Shown in pieces: positions 61,062-64,000 of a DNA stretch of 64,000 bases. The stretch's first letter is position 1. Every line of letters starts with the position of its first letter. The stretch covers positions 26,972-90,971 of IMG/VR virus record IMGVR_UViG_3300017987_000063, one strand, 5' to 3'. The position numbers were made by a program, and so were the translations under genes. The DNA comes from a virus. The notes under the pieces are model-generated. The model saw only the letters and a program-made list of their open reading frames with translations. It ran no database searches and was not told the DNA's origin.

Positions 61062-63764
61062 TCAAGCCCCTGCCTTATTTTCAGCCTCTAAAAGCAAATT
61101 TTCAAGACGATTTATAGCCGAAAAAAGTCCTTGAATGTCCTTTTTCGTCAAATTTATGTGCTGCGCTGGAGGCTGGCCGCCATTTCCGCCGCCTGCATTC
61201 TGTCCTTCTTCCTCCTCCAGCGTTATCATCTGTCCATCCGCGCCTTCCATAAAGCCCGCGTTAATAATGGATATTGGAGTATTACCAAACACGCCTCGGA
61301 ATCTATCCTTGTTTAACAGGTCGCGAATATCGTTCGGGGTAACCCCTCCAGCCGCTGCCAGAACCGAATAGGCCGCCGCATCCTGATTTAAGTCGGTGGT
61401 CTTTGGTCTCTTAAACCTGAATTTGGTATACTTCGAGTTCATTGCCTTCATGATGGTGGCGTTGATTCGGTACTCGTAACGGAGCGTTTCAGGCTCGAAG
61501 ACCTGCTCCAGCGTGACCTGCTTCATTGTCAAGGCCACTGCCCTGTTGACATCATCGCTGGTGCCGAGAAAAATCTTGCCAATGCCGAATGCTTCCCGCA
61601 CCTCCTCGTTATTTGCCGCCGTGTACCGGCTAAAACTCGCGTCATCCCCTACTCCTACCGTGAGGGGCATAAGCTGAATGCTCGTTTTATTCTCTTTTTC
61701 AATCGCGCCCTGCTTAGGCACCGCCTGAAGAACCATGACGCGCCCGTAGTTGGTCGGGCCTTTGCCTTTAGCGTTGACGAAATTCTCAATCATCTCCACC
61801 GATTGTGCGGAAAGCTGGCCGCCATTTACGATAATGGCCAGCCGGGGGGTATTATGCGTCAAAATGTAGTTATTGGTAATATAGAGATTATCGGACGAAT
61901 CTACTCGAATACACATGGTTTCCGCCCCTTGTTTTACTAGTTCTGCTCCCACCATTGTCCGCATCCGTGGTGTTTCCTTCGGGCGATAAACAAGGGCTTT
62001 TCTGGTAATTCTGGCAGGGGCAATCCACTCAGGAAGTTGCCTTATGTTTATATCGATAGTATTCCTACCTGTGACATGATGGATATGTGTTATTCCCCCT
62101 AGTGAACCAACCAAATCTGCCACCCCCGCAATTAACCGCTCGGAAACAGAAGTAAACCGCACGAAAGTATCCCCGATAAAGCCATCGGTATCCACCAAGC
62201 CTTGTAATAAGGCTATACGGTCATTTACCGATGCTTTGAGATATTCTTCAGGTACGAATTTCGTTTGTGCCTTACATCCTGCCAAACCCAACATTCGCAA
62301 AGCAGCAATAAGTAAATTATTTTTACCCTTGCCTTGCATAGCGGTTAATCGGAACTCAGAACATTGCGAAGGTGTCCTGTCTCGCCTTTTTACCTGTATT
62401 GATTCTGGCAGAATACCGGAATTTAGCAGTTGCTCAAATTCATCCGCATCCTGTTTATTGCAGGAAAATCCTATACCGTTCTTTAATTCGCCCCCACCAC
62501 AAATATCTCCATTCCCAAGGAGAAGACCTAATAAATAAGGGTTAATAGGCGGAGGGGGAGCGGGGTCAAATTCAACGGGGTCTGTGAGAGGAATAGACCA
62601 TTTTGCGGTTCCGCATTCATAATGGAAGCCATCTGCAATAATGGCCTCCAAACTCATGATTCTATCTCTACCCTGCAGTCTATCATAACTGTTTGCCACT
62701 CTCCACACATGGTCTAGAGTGCATTCCATTGTCGCTCCATCCTTAAATCGCACTCGGTATATATCCTTTTTCTCTGCCTGTGGATAGATACCAATAACTT
62801 TGTGCGCTTTTCCATCCGAACCTATCACTTCCGCTCCTATTGCCAAATCCCCCATAGTCTGCCATCCGGTGGGGGTCAAAATTCTTGCACTTTTTTCTTG
62901 GCATGCATCGTTCTCGAAAAACGACACATTCCGGATGTGGGCGAGGCGTGTGCCCGCTATCGCAGGGGCCGCCGCCGCATGCCGGGGCACTCCGTAAAAG
63001 GAACTTCGCGGGGTGTAGAGCTTAAACTGGATTATTTCATTCGCCCTGTCCTCTGGAGCCACCGCGCCTCCCGGCAAACGGCCATCCCGCGTCCAGACTT
63101 TTTCATCCCCAAACTGCTTGAAAAACACCGCCCCATCTGGAAGACTTTGGTTCCCCGCCTTATCCGTCACTAAAAATTGCGCCTGCTGTCTGCCCTTGCT
63201 GTCCCGTGTCATGCTCAATGGGAAGGCGGCTGGATTCCGTATCTGAACAAAGCCGGAACCATCGGCCATTACCCTGATAGTGTGTGCGGGCACATGGTAA
63301 AGCCCATCCGGAACGCCTGCATTATTACGGGAGACTTCCAAGTATCCCACGCCGCTGGATTCCTCGTCCACCTTTATCTTCTTCATAAGCTCCGAAAGCG
63401 GGTCTTCCTCATTTGGGGTCTCAAATAAAGGCCGGATGCGCTCGCGCTCCGCGTCAATGGCATCCTGATACTCCTGAATATACCGCTCCTCGTCCACAAC
63501 CGGGGTAAGCAGGTATCCCAGCCCTACAGTATTCAAGGCCATAGATTCAATAGTGCGTTTGAGGCGGGTGTTCTGCTCCAGCAATAATGCCCATATTAGC
63601 GGGTCATATAAGGGTTTAACTATTACCCCCTCAATGGCCGCCGTGTCAAAGGCATCCGGCGGTAACTGTGCGCTTTCCTTTTCCAGCCCATAAGTGCCGA
63701 CTTTAAGGATAAGCTCTTCGTCCTCGCTCAATATCTTCCGACTTCTGTTTTTACGTCTTGTCAT
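61062..63764 (-). CDS. Portal protein (PBSX/HK97-like) containing an intein
   Basis: GVGYLEVSRN...LYHVPAHTIR, YTP.SSFYGVP, FFEN.A|TP and TPNDIR. Confidence 0.9.
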   Translation of the reverse strand: MTRRKNRSRKILSEDEELILKVGTYGLEKESAQLPPDAFDTAAIEGVIVKPLYDPLIWALLLEQNTRLKRTIESMALNTVGLGYLLTPVVDEERYIQEYQDAIDAERERIRPLFETPNEEDPLSELMKKIKVDEESSGVGYLEVSRNNAGVPDGLYHVPAHTIRVMADGSGFVQIRNPAAFPLSMTRDSKGRQQAQFLVTDKAGNQSLPDGAVFFKQFGDEKVWTRDGRLPGGAVAPEDRANEIIQFKLYTPRSSFYGVPRHAAAAPAIAGTRLAHIRNVSFFENDACQEKSARILTPTGWQTMGDLAIGAEVIGSDGKAHKVIGIYPQAEKKDIYRVRFKDGATMECTLDHVWRVANSYDRLQGRDRIMSLEAIIADGFHYECGTAKWSIPLTDPVEFDPAPPPPINPYLLGLLLGNGDICGGGELKNGIGFSCNKQDADEFEQLLNSGILPESIQVKRRDRTPSQCSEFRLTAMQGKGKNNLLIAALRMLGLAGCKAQTKFVPEEYLKASVNDRIALLQGLVDTDGFIGDTFVRFTSVSERLIAGVADLVGSLGGITHIHHVTGRNTIDINIRQLPEWIAPARITRKALVYRPKETPRMRTMVGAELVKQGAETMCIRVDSSDNLYITNNYILTHNTPRLAIIVNGGQLSAQSVEMIENFVNAKGKGPTNYGRVMVLQAVPKQGAIEKENKTSIQLMPLTVGVGDDASFSRYTAANNEEVREAFGIGKIFLGTSDDVNRAVALTMKQVTLEQVFEPETLRYEYRINATIMKAMNSKYTKFRFKRPKTTDLNQDAAAYSVLAAAGGVTPNDIRDLLNKDRFRGVFGNTPISIINAGFMEGADGQMITLEEEEGQNAGGGNGGQPPAQHINLTKKDIQGLFSAINRLENLLLEAENKAGA
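61851..62903 (-). mobile_element. Intein (351 aa) with LAGLIDADG endonuclease in the portal
   Basis: NDA|CQEKSA...TLDHVW...LGLLLGNG...LQGLVDTDG...YILTHN|TP. Confidence 0.92.
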
Positions 63765-63997
63765 CGCAATCTCCCTAAAATAGAGTCGCCTTTCGGATTC
63801 TCGCATTTGTTGCACCGATTCCGCGCCTCTGGTTTGGTCGTTTTAAACGGCTTTCCGCACGACTTACACACCTTTATAAATACACCTTTTAACGCCTTAC
63901 CGCAAGACCAGCAGTAATTGTGGTGCGGTTCAACTTCCACTTTACAGAATGGACACTCATGCAGCCCCTCATCTTTAGGTTCATCCGGCCTCCGCAT
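63761..63997 (-). CDS. Zinc-ribbon protein
   Basis: Four CxxC pairs; its stop overlaps the portal start. Confidence 0.6.
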   Translation of the reverse strand: MRRPDEPKDEGLHECPFCKVEVEPHHNYCWSCGKALKGVFIKVCKSCGKPFKTTKPEARNRCNKCENPKGDSILGRLR

Positions 63998-64000
63998 TCC

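Noticed and set aside
184-63428. Many plus-strand ORFs, such as 55147..56715 (522 aa) and 57236..58222
   Set aside because: They are antisense shadows of well-supported minus-strand genes, with no recognisable motifs or RBSs.

Overview
This is a 64 kb piece of a tailed dsDNA phage or prophage with a contractile (myovirus-type) tail. Essentially all genes are on the minus strand. Read in transcription order (right to left), it starts with the virion block: intein-containing portal, large prohead protease/scaffold, major capsid, head-tail joining genes, tail sheath and tube, a frameshifting tail chaperone, tape measure and an eCIS/T4-like baseplate. A lysis cassette and a tRNA(CAU) follow. An accessory region (~18-27 kb) carries small ORFs behind a family of near-identical sigma70 promoters, a GGQ peptidyl-tRNA hydrolase, an HD hydrolase, a ~700 nt structured ncRNA and two tRNA-like elements. 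The window ends in a replication block: initiator, DnaC-like loader, DnaB, primase, DNA methylase, SSB, PolA, SF2 helicase and a MerR-like HTH protein. There are four inteins. Four observations stand out. (1) Two homing endonucleases are hidden in alternative frames inside frames that stay open, a LAGLIDADG inside the helicase intein and an HNH with its own perfect promoter inside the methylase. (2) A GGAGGACAGG translation-start motif precedes about 12 early genes, and two hairpin loops display its antisense, suggesting a phage RNA-RNA regulon. (3) A 16-bp quasi-palindrome, GCGCAATCACTTGCGC, recurs about every 5-6 kb. (4) There is a large GOLLD/ROOL-like RNA candidate. All calls come from reading the sequence and ORF track by eye; no searches were run.
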